Source: Octopus sinensis (taxonomy: Eukaryota). From it: 64,000 nt of DNA. The stretch spans positions 15,004,001 to 15,068,000 of the forward strand of contig NC_043016.1 of assembly GCF_006345805.1 (NCBI RefSeq), written 5' to 3'. The notes under the pieces were generated by a model. That model made no database searches. It saw nothing but the letters and a program-made list of their open reading frames with translations, and had not been told where the DNA came from. Position 1 is the first letter of the stretch; every line of letters begins with the position of its first letter. Shown here one piece after another: positions 1 to 11,348 of this stretch. A program made the position numbers and the translations under genes.

Positions 1-283
1 GTTGATGCCAGTGCCCCCTGACTGGCTCCTGTGCTGATGGCACGTAAAAAGCACTATCTGAGTGTGATTGATGCCAGGGCTGCCTGATTAGCTCCTGTGT
101 CAGTGACACATAAAAGGGACCCACTACACTCTTGGAGTGGTTGGTGTTAGGGAGGGCATCCAGCTGTAGAAACCTTGCCAGATCAGATTGGAGTTGGTAC
201 AGCCTCCTGGCTTCCCAGACTTCAGTGAAACCGTCCAACCCATGCCAGCATGGAAAAACGGGCTTTAAACGATGATGATGATA
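1..283 (+). mobile_element. RTE-derived 3' UTR repeat; further copies at about 940-1165, 4655-4840, 16050-16370, 17826-18236 (-), 36780-36975, 50610-50845, 51355-51505 (-), 57530-57750 and 63440-63725
   Basis: Shared ggagtggttgg(c/t)gttaggaagggcatccagctgtagaaac...aacccatgccagcatggaaaa(c/t)ggacgttaaa core ending in (GAT)n. Confidence 0.75.
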
Positions 284-1351
284 TTTCATATGCTGTTAAA
301 AATATGATACTAGATGAACCAAGATAGACAAATCAACCGTCATAATATTTCAATGAATACATTAAAGCATTGTATTCTAATTAGTACCCAACTAATTACA
401 TGATTCTTGAACTCAAATCAAATATCTCCTGTTCTGACTTTATTTTTATTTTTTCAATGTTTTTACTTGTTTCAGTCATTAGACTGTGGCCATGCTGGGG
501 CACTTCCTTGAAGAATTTTTAATCAAACAAACTGAATCCAAGAATTTTTTTCTTTTAAGCCTGAAACTTATTTTATCAGGGAATGTAAATGCACCAACAC
601 CGTTTGTCAAGTGGTGGTGGACACACGCACACACATACATTTATATACAATAGGCTTTGAGTTTCTGCCTACCAAATCCACTCAAATGGTGTTAATCTGA
701 CCAAAACTATAGAAGGTACTTGCCCAAGCTGCCGTGCAGTAGGACTGAACCTGAAACATCATTATTGTTAATAGAAGGGATCTAAATTAAGAGTGATGTG
801 ATCAATACTTTGTTCTAAAGAAAAACCACAACAACCTGTGTGATTGGAATTTTGGATATTAAGAAAGAATCTTTTAATGCATGTATCTCACAAAATGTTT
901 TCAAATAATAGAATAGAAAATTATGTACCCATGTATATATACTGGCATGGATGACATGCAAAAGGCACCTGTGCTGGTGATACATAAAAGGCACCCATTA
1001 CACTCTTGGAGTGGTTGACGTTAGGAGGGACATCCAGCTGTAGAAAACCTGCCAAACCAGACTGGAACCTGGTGCAGCTCTCCAGCTTACCAGTTCCAGT
1101 CAAACTGTCCAACCCATGCCAGCATGGAAAATGGACACTAAATAATGATGATGATGATGATGATATCTGAATAGAAAAGAAAATTATGTATGTCTTATTA
1201 TGTATGTCTAATAATGTATGTCTTATGTATGTCTAATAATGATAATAATGAATTGAATTATGTTAGTGAAATAGCATTTTACTTATTAGCAACATTGACA
1301 GCTTCTTTCTCTGATTTTGGTTCTTATTTCCTGCTTTTTAATGTTTTACAG

Positions 1352-1486
1352 ATTATGGACGAGTTGTGTTTGCCTTTGCTGCGTTTTACTTCATGCAAAC
1401 AAACTATCAGCTAGCAGCTTTCCTTTATCTCCTCAGTGGATTTTTGGATTCATTCGATGGACATGCTGCTCGAGTTTTGAATCAAG
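1352..1486 (+). CDS. CDIPT: Phosphatidylinositol synthase (CDP-diacylglycerol--inositol 3-phosphatidyltransferase), first coding exon visible (probably exon 2)
   Basis: ttttacAG acceptor (1350-1351) and GTaaag donor (1487). The 135 nt, phase 1-1 exon reads YGRVVFAFAAFYFMQTNYQLAAFLYLLSGFLDSFDGHAARVLNQ and carries the DxxDGxxAR half of the CDP-alcohol phosphotransferase motif. Confidence 0.95.
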
Positions 1487-1757
1487 GTAAAGAAATATAT
1501 ATTATCTCCTTTTTTAAGCTGTTTATTTTAGTACATAATTTGAATGTTAAATAGAAATCATTGTTGCATTAATAAAGATTTTCAATTTATTTTTATATCA
1601 TGCATTTTCCGAAAATAGCATCATTAGTTATAGGTTTCCAATGCTTCCGGTCATGAGTTCATTACATTTCCAATGCTGAAAGTCATTAGGAGTGTCCATA
1701 CAAGTTGGATGGAATAGATACTACAAGGTATCTTAAGGTGGCAACTAGTTCTTTATA

Positions 1758-1818
<61 letters not shown>

Positions 1819-1821
<3 letters not shown>

Positions 1822-2190
1822 AGTGGCTGTGTGGTAAGTAGCTTGCTTACCAACCACATGGTTCTGGGTTCAGTCCCACTGCATGGCACCTTGGGCAAGT
1901 GTCTTCTACTATAGCCTCGGGCCGACCAAAACCTTGTGAGTGGATTTGGTAGACAGAAACTGAAAAAAGTCTGTCGTATATGTGTGTGTGTGTTTGTTTG
2001 TCCTCACAACATCGCTTGATAACCGAGGCCGATGTGTTTACGTTCCCGTAACTTAGCGGTTTGGCAAGAGAGACCAATAGAATAAGTACTAGGCTTACAA
2101 AGAATAAGTCTTGGGGTTGATTTGCTCGACTAAATGTGGTGCTCCAGCATGGCCGCAGTCAAAAAACTGAAACAAATAAAAGAAAAGAAA
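1819..2190 (+). mobile_element. tRNA-headed SINE family A; other copies at about 25846-26180, 42472-42892, 54120-54430 and 62423-62790 (+), and 4080-4420, 16790-17150 and 38100-38420 (-)
   Basis: A-box-like ggctgtgtggtaag and B-box-like ggttcagtccc head, an internal TA/TG microsatellite, and a conserved 3' part ending gactgaaacaagtaaaagag. Confidence 0.8.
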
Positions 2191-2195
2191 AGAAC

Positions 2196-2233
<38 letters not shown>

Positions 2234-2283
2234 TTTAGCTATAAGAATTAATCTGCACACAACCAACCAAAATTTACTTTGGT

Positions 2284-2538
2284 CAGTGGTTCCCAACCTG
2301 GATCCCTGTGATTCTTGAGAATCCATATAGGATTTTGTTGTTAAAATTTATCTGCAATTAATCAGTTATCCTTCTACAATACACCAAATATTTTAACACT
2401 TTTTTCTATATAATCCCTAATAATATTTAATTATGAAAATTTAATTGGATTTTTAAAAAATCAAACGGCTAGAAGGGTCTACCTTGGTAAAATAGGAGCC
2501 AAAGGGCTCTGTAGGTAAAAAGTGGTTGAGAGCCACTG
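2284..2538. mobile_element. hAT-like MITE; similar termini at about 5760 and 26532-27218
   Basis: cagtggttcccaacc ... ggttgagagccactg inverted termini. No clear 8-bp target-site duplication was found. Confidence 0.4.
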
Positions 2539-4891
2539 ATTTAAATGCTTATGGGAGAAAATATATGGTCATGTTGCAATACTTATTTCTTTATTGCCCA
2601 CAAGGGGTTGAACATGGAGGGGACAAACAAGGACAGACAAAGAGATTAAGTCGATTACATCGACCCCAGTGCGTAACTGGTACTTAATTTATCGACTTTG
2701 AAATTATGAAAGGCAAAGTCAACTTCAGTGGAATTTGAACTCAGAACGTAACAGCAGACGAAATACCACTAAGCATTTCGCCCGACGTGCTAATATTTCT
2801 GCCAGCTCGCTTCCTTATGTTGCAATACTGTTGTATCAGAACTGGAATGAATATGCAACAGACTTTTCAACCTCACAGTCGTACATGCAAAAACCATTTC
2901 TTTAATCTCAAACATGTTTTAGATTTTCAGCTAACAGTATCTCTTCCAGTTATTAATAACTGTATGTTGTTTAATCTGGCCAGTAATTTTTCCATATTTC
3001 TCCTTCTTACCACTAACACTTGACTGTGAAGAAGTGAATCCTGTTTTGTCTATTGAGACAAATCAGAGACAGGAGTAATGGAATAATGCACTACTTGTAT
3101 CTCTTCAATGAAGCTCATGGCTTTGCTTGACTGATATAAAACATGGTTGGTCCGTCCTTGGCACAGATTTTAACACAACGAGACTCACAAACTTCTTGCT
3201 CAAAACTTTCTATGGATTACACCTTTAATTAATTAATCATGTGGACCTATAGATTTTTCATTACTATATCTATTCATGTTACTCACCCACCCCATAGTCT
3301 CTTACTTCAGCTCTGATGTCCCCAATTTACTGTCACTGTTGTCAATCTTCATTAACTTCTATTATTACTATGGAAGCCTGCCAATTCCTTTAAATCTGCT
3401 CTCCTGTCAACCGATAAAATCAACAGTTTCTTTCAGACATTATGCTTTGCCATTTAAACCAGCCTTATCCAGCTGCAATATCCTGCCTTTTTTTTTAATG
3501 ATCAAATAATCCAAATCCAGTCTTTCACATCTACTCTACAATTTTAATCTAAAAATAAATTATTGAATCATTGAAATGTCAAAGCCAGAAGATAATGCAC
3601 GTTTAAGTGAAAACAGTGTAAATACTGATATATTTCAATCATATCATTGAAATGTCAAAGCTATGAGATAATGCATGATTAACTGGAAGAAAAAATGGGA
3701 ATAAATAAACAATACATTGGAAAGAACAACCAGAATGCTAAAGGGTTAAGGATAAACCTCACCGTACTTAAAACCAATGTCACTCTTATATTGTATGTGA
3801 GAAATATTACATACTTGTTGGTTATCTCGAGTGACTTCCCTTGAAACCTTATTTCGTCATCAATTTTAAAAAGGCAACAAAACGATTTGGCTTCCTCTAG
3901 AAGATAAATGTTTATATAATCCAGATATAAAATAAACTCTGGAATATTTACTATTTCCGTATCTGGCATGATGTAGCTCAATCAATCATTGGCATCTTTG
4001 AAAATATTCTGAATAAAGACATTTGTTTGATTAATAAACTCTCATTTCATGAAAATTTTAAGTATATTTTTTTGATCTTTTACTTGTTATATTCATTAGA
4101 CTGTGGCCATGCTGGGGCACCACCTTGAAGGGTTTAGTCGAACAAATTAACCCCAGCATTTGTCTTCCTTTTTAAGCCTTATATTTATTCTTTTGGTCTC
4201 TTTTGCCAAACTGCTAAGTTACAGGGACATAAACACACCAACACCATTTGCTGAGTAGTGGTGGAGGACATACACAAAGACACACACATAGATATGTTTA
4301 CATATACGATGGGCTTCATTCAGTTTCCGTCTACCAAATCCACTCACAAGGCTTTGGTCAGCCTGGGGCTATAGCAGAAGACACTTGCCCAAGATGCCAC
4401 GCAGTGGGACTGACCCTAGGACCACACTTCTTAACACACAGCTATCTCAGTGTCTATATATGTTGCTTACAATTTTTAGCTTTTTACCTCAATTAATGAT
4501 TTCATAATAATTTTTTTTTGGTTTACATACATTTTTAAAATGTCTTCATTAAAAAAAAAAGAAAAACGCCCAAAAAGGTACTTCATTAAGCTACTTCTCT
4601 TCTAGTGTATCCTTGCTTAACACTTATTTGTATCTTTTATATACATATGTACCTATGACAGTGACACATAAAAAGCATCCATGTCATGTAAAAGGTGATG
4701 GGTGTTAGGAAGGGTATCCAGCCATAGAAACCATGCCAAAACAATTGGAGCCTGATGCATCTCTCCAGCTTGTCAGCTCTGGTCAAACCATCCAACCTAT
4801 GCCATCATGGAAAGCAGACACTAAATAATGATGATGACGCTGACGACATACACACTCACATGCATATATTCTTTCTTTCTTTAAACTTCAG

Positions 4892-5045
4892 GTAGCAAAC
4901 TTGGCGCCATGCTCGACCAACTGATAGACCGATTTACAACAATGTGTCTTATGGCAGCATTGTGTTTCTTCTACCCAAAATACATGCTATTTTTCCAGTT
5001 CAGCATGACAGTTGACATTGTCAGTCACTGGTTTCACTTACAAAG
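4892..5045 (+). CDS. CDIPT: CDIPT/PIS coding exon
   Basis: cttcAG acceptor, GTaagt donor, 154 nt. Reads (G)SKLGAMLDQLIDRFTTMCLMAALCFFYPKYMLFFQFSMTVDIVSHWFHLQ and completes the GxxxDxxxD motif. Phases match the flanking exons. Confidence 0.95.
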
Positions 5046-5899
5046 GTAAGTTGTTTGTTACATTACCACCTTTCTCCATTTGCACTGTCGGTTGATCCTA
5101 TTAATACTGTACACATCTTAAATTCTAATCACTGCCCGTGTATGACTAAGGGCTGATGTACTTGCCTTAAATCTTATTGTAATGGTAGGAGTTTAAAAGT
5201 TACAATTTTCAGTACTCTTATGACTAGGACATTTTTATTCTAATTTGGTGGCGCTCAATCATTTTTTGCCTAAGGATCCCTTTCATTCCTCTTTTGCTCA
5301 GATAGACCTCAATAGTTATTCACTGTGTTTAGAAATATCCTTTCTGTATTTTTATGATTAAATATTATTGGGAATTGTATTAAAACAAATTTAAATATTT
5401 TGTGTATTGCAGAAGTATAAGTAATTTATTGTACATAAATTTTAACAACAAAATCTTCTTATTTCGTTATTGCCCACAAGGGGCTAAACATAGAGGGGAC
5501 AAACAAAGACAGGCAAACGGATTATGTCGATTAAATCGACCCCAGTGTGTAACTGGTACTTAATTTATCGACCCCGAAAGGATGAAAGGCAAAGTCGACC
5601 TTGGCGGAATTTGAACTCAGAACATAGCAGCAGACAAAATACCACTAAGCATTTCGCCCGGCGTGCTAACGATTCTGCCAGCTCGTCGCCATCAATGTTA
5701 ACAACAAAATCTTCTGTGGACCCTCAGGAGTCATGTGGGCCCTAGTTGAGAACCACTGCTTGAATTTGTTGTATAGCTGATTAAGTTAAAGTATTGCAGG
5801 TCCACCCATAGAAAAAGACTGGAGCAATTTCACCAGTTATGTCTCTACTATATCCTGGCTACCCTATTGCAGATCTATGTGATTGGTGTTGAAGTCCTT

Positions 5900-6440
5900 G
5901 GGCACAGTCTGTCAATGAAGTGTCTGTAGTACTTCAGCACAGATTACAATGGAATGGTCTGGTGGTTGGGACAGAAGATAATAGGATCCCTGAGCAATTT
6001 GTGTATGGTGAGTTAGGCCAGAGTAAAACACCAGCACAGAAACTGAGATTAAGGTATGAGATGTGATGACTGTATCAAGAACACACTAGAAAAAATCAGA
6101 ATCTTGGCAAATGAATGGGAAATTTTTTACTGTAGATTGTTTATCATGAAAGAAGGCAGTGCATGGTGGCAGGAAGGAATGTAAATAAAATCATATTAAG
6201 CATGAAAAATTCAAGAGAGATGTTAATTTAGCTTGTTATGACAGTGAACAATCTCGTTTAACTTGAGTGCTGTTGTGTCTAAGTAAAGCAGGTCTTAGAA
6301 GTCTTTAGGGAAACCACATACACACACATGAAAGTTGTTAGCCATTCATTATGCAGCATCTCTACTGGTGGGAAGTATGGAAAAGAATGTGGATCAGGAG
6401 GTGGACTGAAGCATCACATGGAAATTCACCAAAGCAATAT
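5900..6440 (+). mobile_element. Degenerate 3' fragment of a second RTE-like LINE
   Basis: RIPEQFVYGELGQSKTPAQKLRLRY resembles the RTE LYGEL...RYKD segment. It is followed by a decayed C2H2-like KECGSGGGLKHHMEIH. Confidence 0.45.
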
Positions 6441-6779
6441 TGTAACACCTACTGCAAGAGGCGACCATCATTATCACTTTTGTACAAAAATAATGTATCA
6501 AGCAGGACTGTAAAGCCACATCTGAACTGCTCGTGTTTAAAAGAACAATCAAGCAATGGCATTACATGAAATCAAGTTGCAGTCATCATATTTATATAGA
6601 TATATTTATACAACACACGCACGCATGCATGCACTGTTCTTTAACTGATGTTCTTAGTCAAAATTCTGTTCTTATCATTACGATGGGTTTTCCTGTGTGA
6701 CTGAAAGAGACTTTGCTGCTATTTCTGGTAGGTTGAGTAACTGCATAAAAGCTCTCACATTATTGCATATATGTGTTAG

Positions 6780-7400
6780 TAGCCAAGTTACAGGAAGACA
6801 TGGGATGAGGTGGTGAAGCATGACCTTCGAATGTTGGGCCTCACAGAAGCAATGACAAAAGACTGAAACCTCTGAAGATATACTGCGACTAAGAAGACCC
6901 GGCAAATAAAGTGAGTTCACAGCTGTAACCTACACCAGTGTCGTATAACCAGCCCACTCAAAAGTACCTTGGATTGTAGGGTGACATGGCGTGCTTGAGG
7001 AGACCTATTGAGTCAAGTACATCAACATCAAAATCAAATCACAATCAAATGGAAATTGTAGTTGTGATCCCCATGCCGGTGGCACGTAAAAAGCACCATC
7101 CGAACATGGTTGATTCCAGCCTCCTCACCATGACTGGCTCCTGAGCTGGTAGCATGTAAAAGGCAGCATCTGAATGTGGCTGATACCAGCAGCGCTTTGA
7201 CTGACTCCCGTGCTGGTGGCACGTAAAACAGCACCCACTACACTCTCGGAGTGGTTGGCGTTAGGAAGGGCATCCAGCTGTAGAAACATTGCCAGATCAG
7301 ACTGGAGCCTGGTGCAATCTCCTGGCTTCCCAGACTCCAATCAAGCAGTCCAACCCATGCCAGCATGGAAAACGGACGTTAAACAATGATGATGATGATT
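6780..7400 (+). mobile_element. RTE LINE 3' end (ORF end plus 3' UTR plus GAT tail)
   Basis: ggaagacatgggatgaggtggtgaagcatgacc matches 49025-49060 of the long RTE copy. It continues through the gcacgtaaaaagcacc units and ggaagggcatccagctgtagaaac to a (gat)n tail. Confidence 0.75.
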
Positions 7401-8031
7401 TTGTCCAAAATAATAATTTAACATTTCAATAACACAGCCCTTCAATTTTCTGAGTTGAAAATGCATTGAAATGATGTCATTATAGAACATTTTTCAAATT
7501 CCATAAAATGTCATTTCATAAAATCATTGAAATAGTATCTGTTGAATGGATTGATGGACAGATTGCTAGAGAAACACAGTTCTTATTAAAATATTGGCAA
7601 CCAAAGTAAATTCCCAACAGTTAAATAAGGTGTAACCATTCCCCAGTGGAACTTAGTCTGTTATAGAATATAATCTTGTAGGTGTTGGAATGTCAACCAC
7701 GAAATTTTTAGGCCTCTGTGTATTTTAAAGATCACAATGACTGAAAATGATTGATATATCCTTATTTACTTTATGTATACTGTTTATGTTAGTTGGACTG
7801 GTGTTCCCATCTTAATTGTTACTTTCACTATGTTTTGGCTGTCGTATTTAGAACATAAATTAACATGAAATTATGATGAAACATGTTAATTTTGATCACC
7901 TTAAACAGGAAATTTGTATCATAGGTTCAGGGCAGTTTCAGATGGGTTCGTATCAAAAGGGTTAAATATTTTCTTTAAAAGGATTTTTTTTAAATGAAAT
8001 ATTTTCAAGTAAATATTTTCTCTATTTTCAG

Positions 8032-8113
8032 TTCGCTTATGAAAGGTGCTGGTAGCCATAAAGTTCTTGATTTGTCAGCAAATCCAATTCTGCGCCATTA
8101 TTATCACAATAAA
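8032..8113 (+). CDS. CDIPT: CDIPT/PIS coding exon
   Basis: ttttcAG acceptor, GTatgt donor, 82 nt. Reads (S)SLMKGAGSHKVLDLSANPILRHYYHNK, matching the PIS SHKxxDLSxNPxLRxYY segment. Confidence 0.93.
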
Positions 8114-8412
8114 GTATGTTATGCATATTATTTTTTGAAATTTTAACCATGAAGTTTTTCCGTTTCTAATTGATGCTTGTTTCCTGTCCAATTTTCTGTT
8201 AGTTGCTATAAAAAATGCCTGCATTGTCTTTAGATCTTCATCTTGAAATAACCATTTATTCCAGTGCTTTTCTTGCATGTCTTTGTGATATTGTTTCCTA
8301 AAACAGGCATCGCATTTAAGTAGAAGGTTATGGTTGATACAGTTGATCAAATTGATGATGAGAGTTCAATAAGAATTGAAAATCAGTTTAAATCTCTTCA
8401 TTATATTTTGTG

Positions 8413-8730
8413 AAGGCACATGGCTCAGTGGTTAGAGTGTCGGGCTCACAATCACAAGGTAGTGAGTTCGATTCCCTGACAGGCTGTGTGTTGTGTTCTT
8501 AAGCAAGACACTTTATTTCATGTTGCTCCAGTTTAACCATCTGTTGAAATGAGTTGCAACATCACTGGTGCCAAGCTGTATCGGCCCCTTTGCCTTTCCC
8601 TTGGATAAGATCGTTGGCATAGAGAAGGGAGGCTGGTATGCATAGGCAACTGCTGGTTTTCCACTTGTGCCTCAGAGGGTAGCTTTCTAGGTGCAAATCC
8701 CATGGTCATTCATGACCAAAGAGAGCCCAT
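8413..8730 (+). mobile_element. tRNA-headed SINE family D; related copies at about 27340-27660 and 41430-41740 (+), and 34260-34570 and 53215-53660 (-)
   Basis: tggctcagtggttag A-box, gagttcgattccc B-box, then tgtgttcttaagcaagacactttatttc...gctccagt. Confidence 0.7.
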
Positions 8731-9529
8731 AGTTGATAAATTAAATGTAATACTTACCTGGTACTTATTCACTTGGAAGGTTGAAAAGCAAATTTGACCC
8801 ACAAATCAGTTGAGCAAATATTATAACAACTTAACCAAATATGCCAAGCTGATTGCTGGAAATGATCAAAGATTTAGAAATATTAATATTTTACAGTTAA
8901 ACCACTCTTTCCTTAAATGACAAAGCTGTAAACAATAAGATAGGAATTAAAATCTTCATCTAGTCTTTTTTTTCTTTTATTTCAAATCAATATGTCTTCT
9001 TTGCAAGGCTAAGTTAATAACTAGTGGACTATCACTTAATTGTTTAGAAGGTCCTGTGTACTGTTGGTGTTTCCTTGCTTCTTTGGACAAGACAGTTTAC
9101 ATTGCTTTTGGAAATAAATATAAAAAAGGGTTGTGATAGGCAAGCATCTTGTAGAAAAAAATTTGGATTCTTTCTACTTAGTAACTCTGCAAGGCCTGAA
9201 GGACTTGTATTAACAACAATCATAATATAATCCAATGAATTGATATCAAGAAGTTTGGTTGCTGAGGTGAGTGGAAAGAATTTCAATATAGGTTCTTCAA
9301 TCAAATGGAAGCACCTGTATTTGTTGAAGCCATATCTAAAACATTAGAATTTTTCACTCTATTCCAGCAACCAAATTCACTGATATCTACTGATTTGCTT
9401 TCATTTTATACCCATTGTTACAAATGCAGGCTCCCATCTACTTCCTTGAATTGTGATTTCACTTTAGTTTTAAAAAGTCTACATATTTGCCATGTATGAT
9501 GAATACATTTTATTCTGTTTCTCTTTTAG

Positions 9530-9611
9530 ATCATTCTCTTTCTGATGTGTTCAGGCAATGAACTTTTCTACTGCTTGTTGTACGTCAGATATTTCACATC
9601 TGGACCAGCAG
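9530..9611 (+). CDS. CDIPT: CDIPT/PIS coding exon
   Basis: ctttttAG-type acceptor at 9528-9529, GTaata donor, 82 nt. Reads IILFLMCSGNELFYCLLYVRYFTSGPA, containing the PIS GNELFYCLLY motif. Confidence 0.93.
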
Positions 9612-10523
9612 GTAATAAGTTTTAGTGTTACTGTGTAATGTATATTGTAATACTTTCTTAAATTTGGCACCTCTTGCTGACACAATAATTTCTGTGTAAT
9701 CCAACTTTTGAAAAAGATATTTTTTTGTCTTGTTCTTTAGTTTGTAAAAATACTGCCTTAATATTTTTTACTCATCATAAATTTTTAAAAAAATGAATAA
9801 TCTATTGCTTTAAAAAAAATGTATGCTGCCATGATAAATGAACAGGACATATTTTACAAAAAAAACCCATTTTTCTGCATAAAATTGAGAACTGGAATCA
9901 TTTATATTTCAAGAGATTACTTATTTTACTTAACAAATGATTTTTTTTATCAAATGTAATCATGTATTATCCTATAAAGGCTCGTAAACTTAGAAATATA
10001 ATGTCCTACCCTTCCAATCAATAATGATAGATGGTTAAACAGTACATTTTTCTAAAATGGTTTCATTTAAGACTGCTTAAACCATCAAGATGAATTATTA
10101 ATCCTTACACATTATTTTCTCTCTTTGGTTTTTTTCATTCTCTCTCAACCCTTTCTGTCAAAGAATGTAGGCTCGAGACATCAAAGACTTTTCCATCTTT
10201 CCCAAGTGTCAAACTAATTACACCTGCTTGTTGTTCCCTCACCTGTCTTCTTAAATTTGAACTATATATATATATATATTATATATATATATATATGTAA
10301 CCACATGTGGATCATTAGTGATTTTATTTTCCTCCATCTTCCTTTTCTCTTGGACTTTCCTCCCTCTCCTGTTTCTGACAAAGAACTTTGCTCGAAATGG
10401 AATGTTGTGTTTGTTCTTTGTTTTTTTTTTCTTTTTTCTTTTTTTTTTTTTTGGATTAATTATATATATATATATATGTCTTTTGGACAAACCATTCAAC
10501 TGATAACATTTTGCTTCTTTCAG

Positions 10524-10702
10524 TATTTGGAAGTATTGGACTCGTGACTGCATTGCTTTATCCTTGTGGATTGGTTGCTTTCCTGAAGACCATTATAAGC
10601 ATCCTCCAACTTTACAGTGCAATGGCCAATGTTGCTGCTATTGATGTTGCAGACCGTGCTGCCCTCAGGACTTCAGAAAATAATGCAAAGAAAATATCTT
10701 AA
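10524..10702 (+). CDS. CDIPT: CDIPT/PIS last coding exon
   Basis: ctttcAG acceptor. Reads (V)FGSIGLVTALLYPCGLVAFLKTIISILQLYSAMANVAAIDVADRAALRTSENNAKKIS*, similar to the PIS C-terminus (LKxxIS...AAxDxADR). AATAAA hexamers occur downstream, for example near 11635. Confidence 0.92.
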
Positions 10703-11317
10703 GCTTCTGGAAACTGAAATAAATGTATATTGAATAGGTATTTTATGAAAGTTTGATGCACACTCAAAAGTGTGTATGTGAGATATATATATATACATAC
10801 ACACAAACACACACACATATATATATATAAATGTATATAGATATGTTTGTGAATGAATGTGTGTGTGTATATGTATGTATGTATGCATATATATACATAT
10901 TATGAATAGATTCAAATATTTACATACACATTTCATGTGTAGATATATATATATATTTATATATATATATTACATATTTAGTTGATGGTATGCCTCAACA
11001 AAGATCATATGCACTATTGGGGAGCAAAAAAAAAGGATTAAATCTTGTGTGTGTTTGTGTGTGTGTGTGCATGCGTGCGTGCATGCATTTTGAATATTGT
11101 TCTATTATGTCCAGTACTAAGTTTTCTCCCGGCTGGGATTTGAGATTCCATCTGAAGACTGGTCTGCCACCATGAAATGCTGAGTAATGGCCATAATGGT
11201 ACAATAGATCATCTTAATAAAATCTATATTATTCCAAAACAACATTCAGTATTATTGGCTTTGTTTCGACACATTTCCATTTACACCATGAATGCATGCA
11301 TGCATACACACACACAC

Positions 11318-11348
<31 letters not shown>

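Noticed and set aside
1590-1685. Possible intronic C/D snoRNA ending in CTGA
   Set aside because: No clear RUGAUGA C box or terminal stem; only a short tttccaatgc direct repeat.
3679-3981. 100-aa minus-strand ORF inside a CDIPT intron
   Set aside because: No recognisable motif or convincing splice signals; compatible with chance in AT-rich DNA.
8413-8500. tRNA genes at A/B-box-like heads (also 1819, 14706, 27340, 41430)
   Set aside because: No complete cloverleaf; each head continues into a dispersed SINE body.
1352-10702. CDIPT-like gene as a novel phosphonolipid synthase
   Set aside because: The sequence follows ordinary PIS motifs along its whole length (DGHAAR, GAMLDQL, SHK..DLS.NP.LR.YY, GNELFY). 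Nothing visible indicates changed specificity; only the adjacency is kept as a finding.
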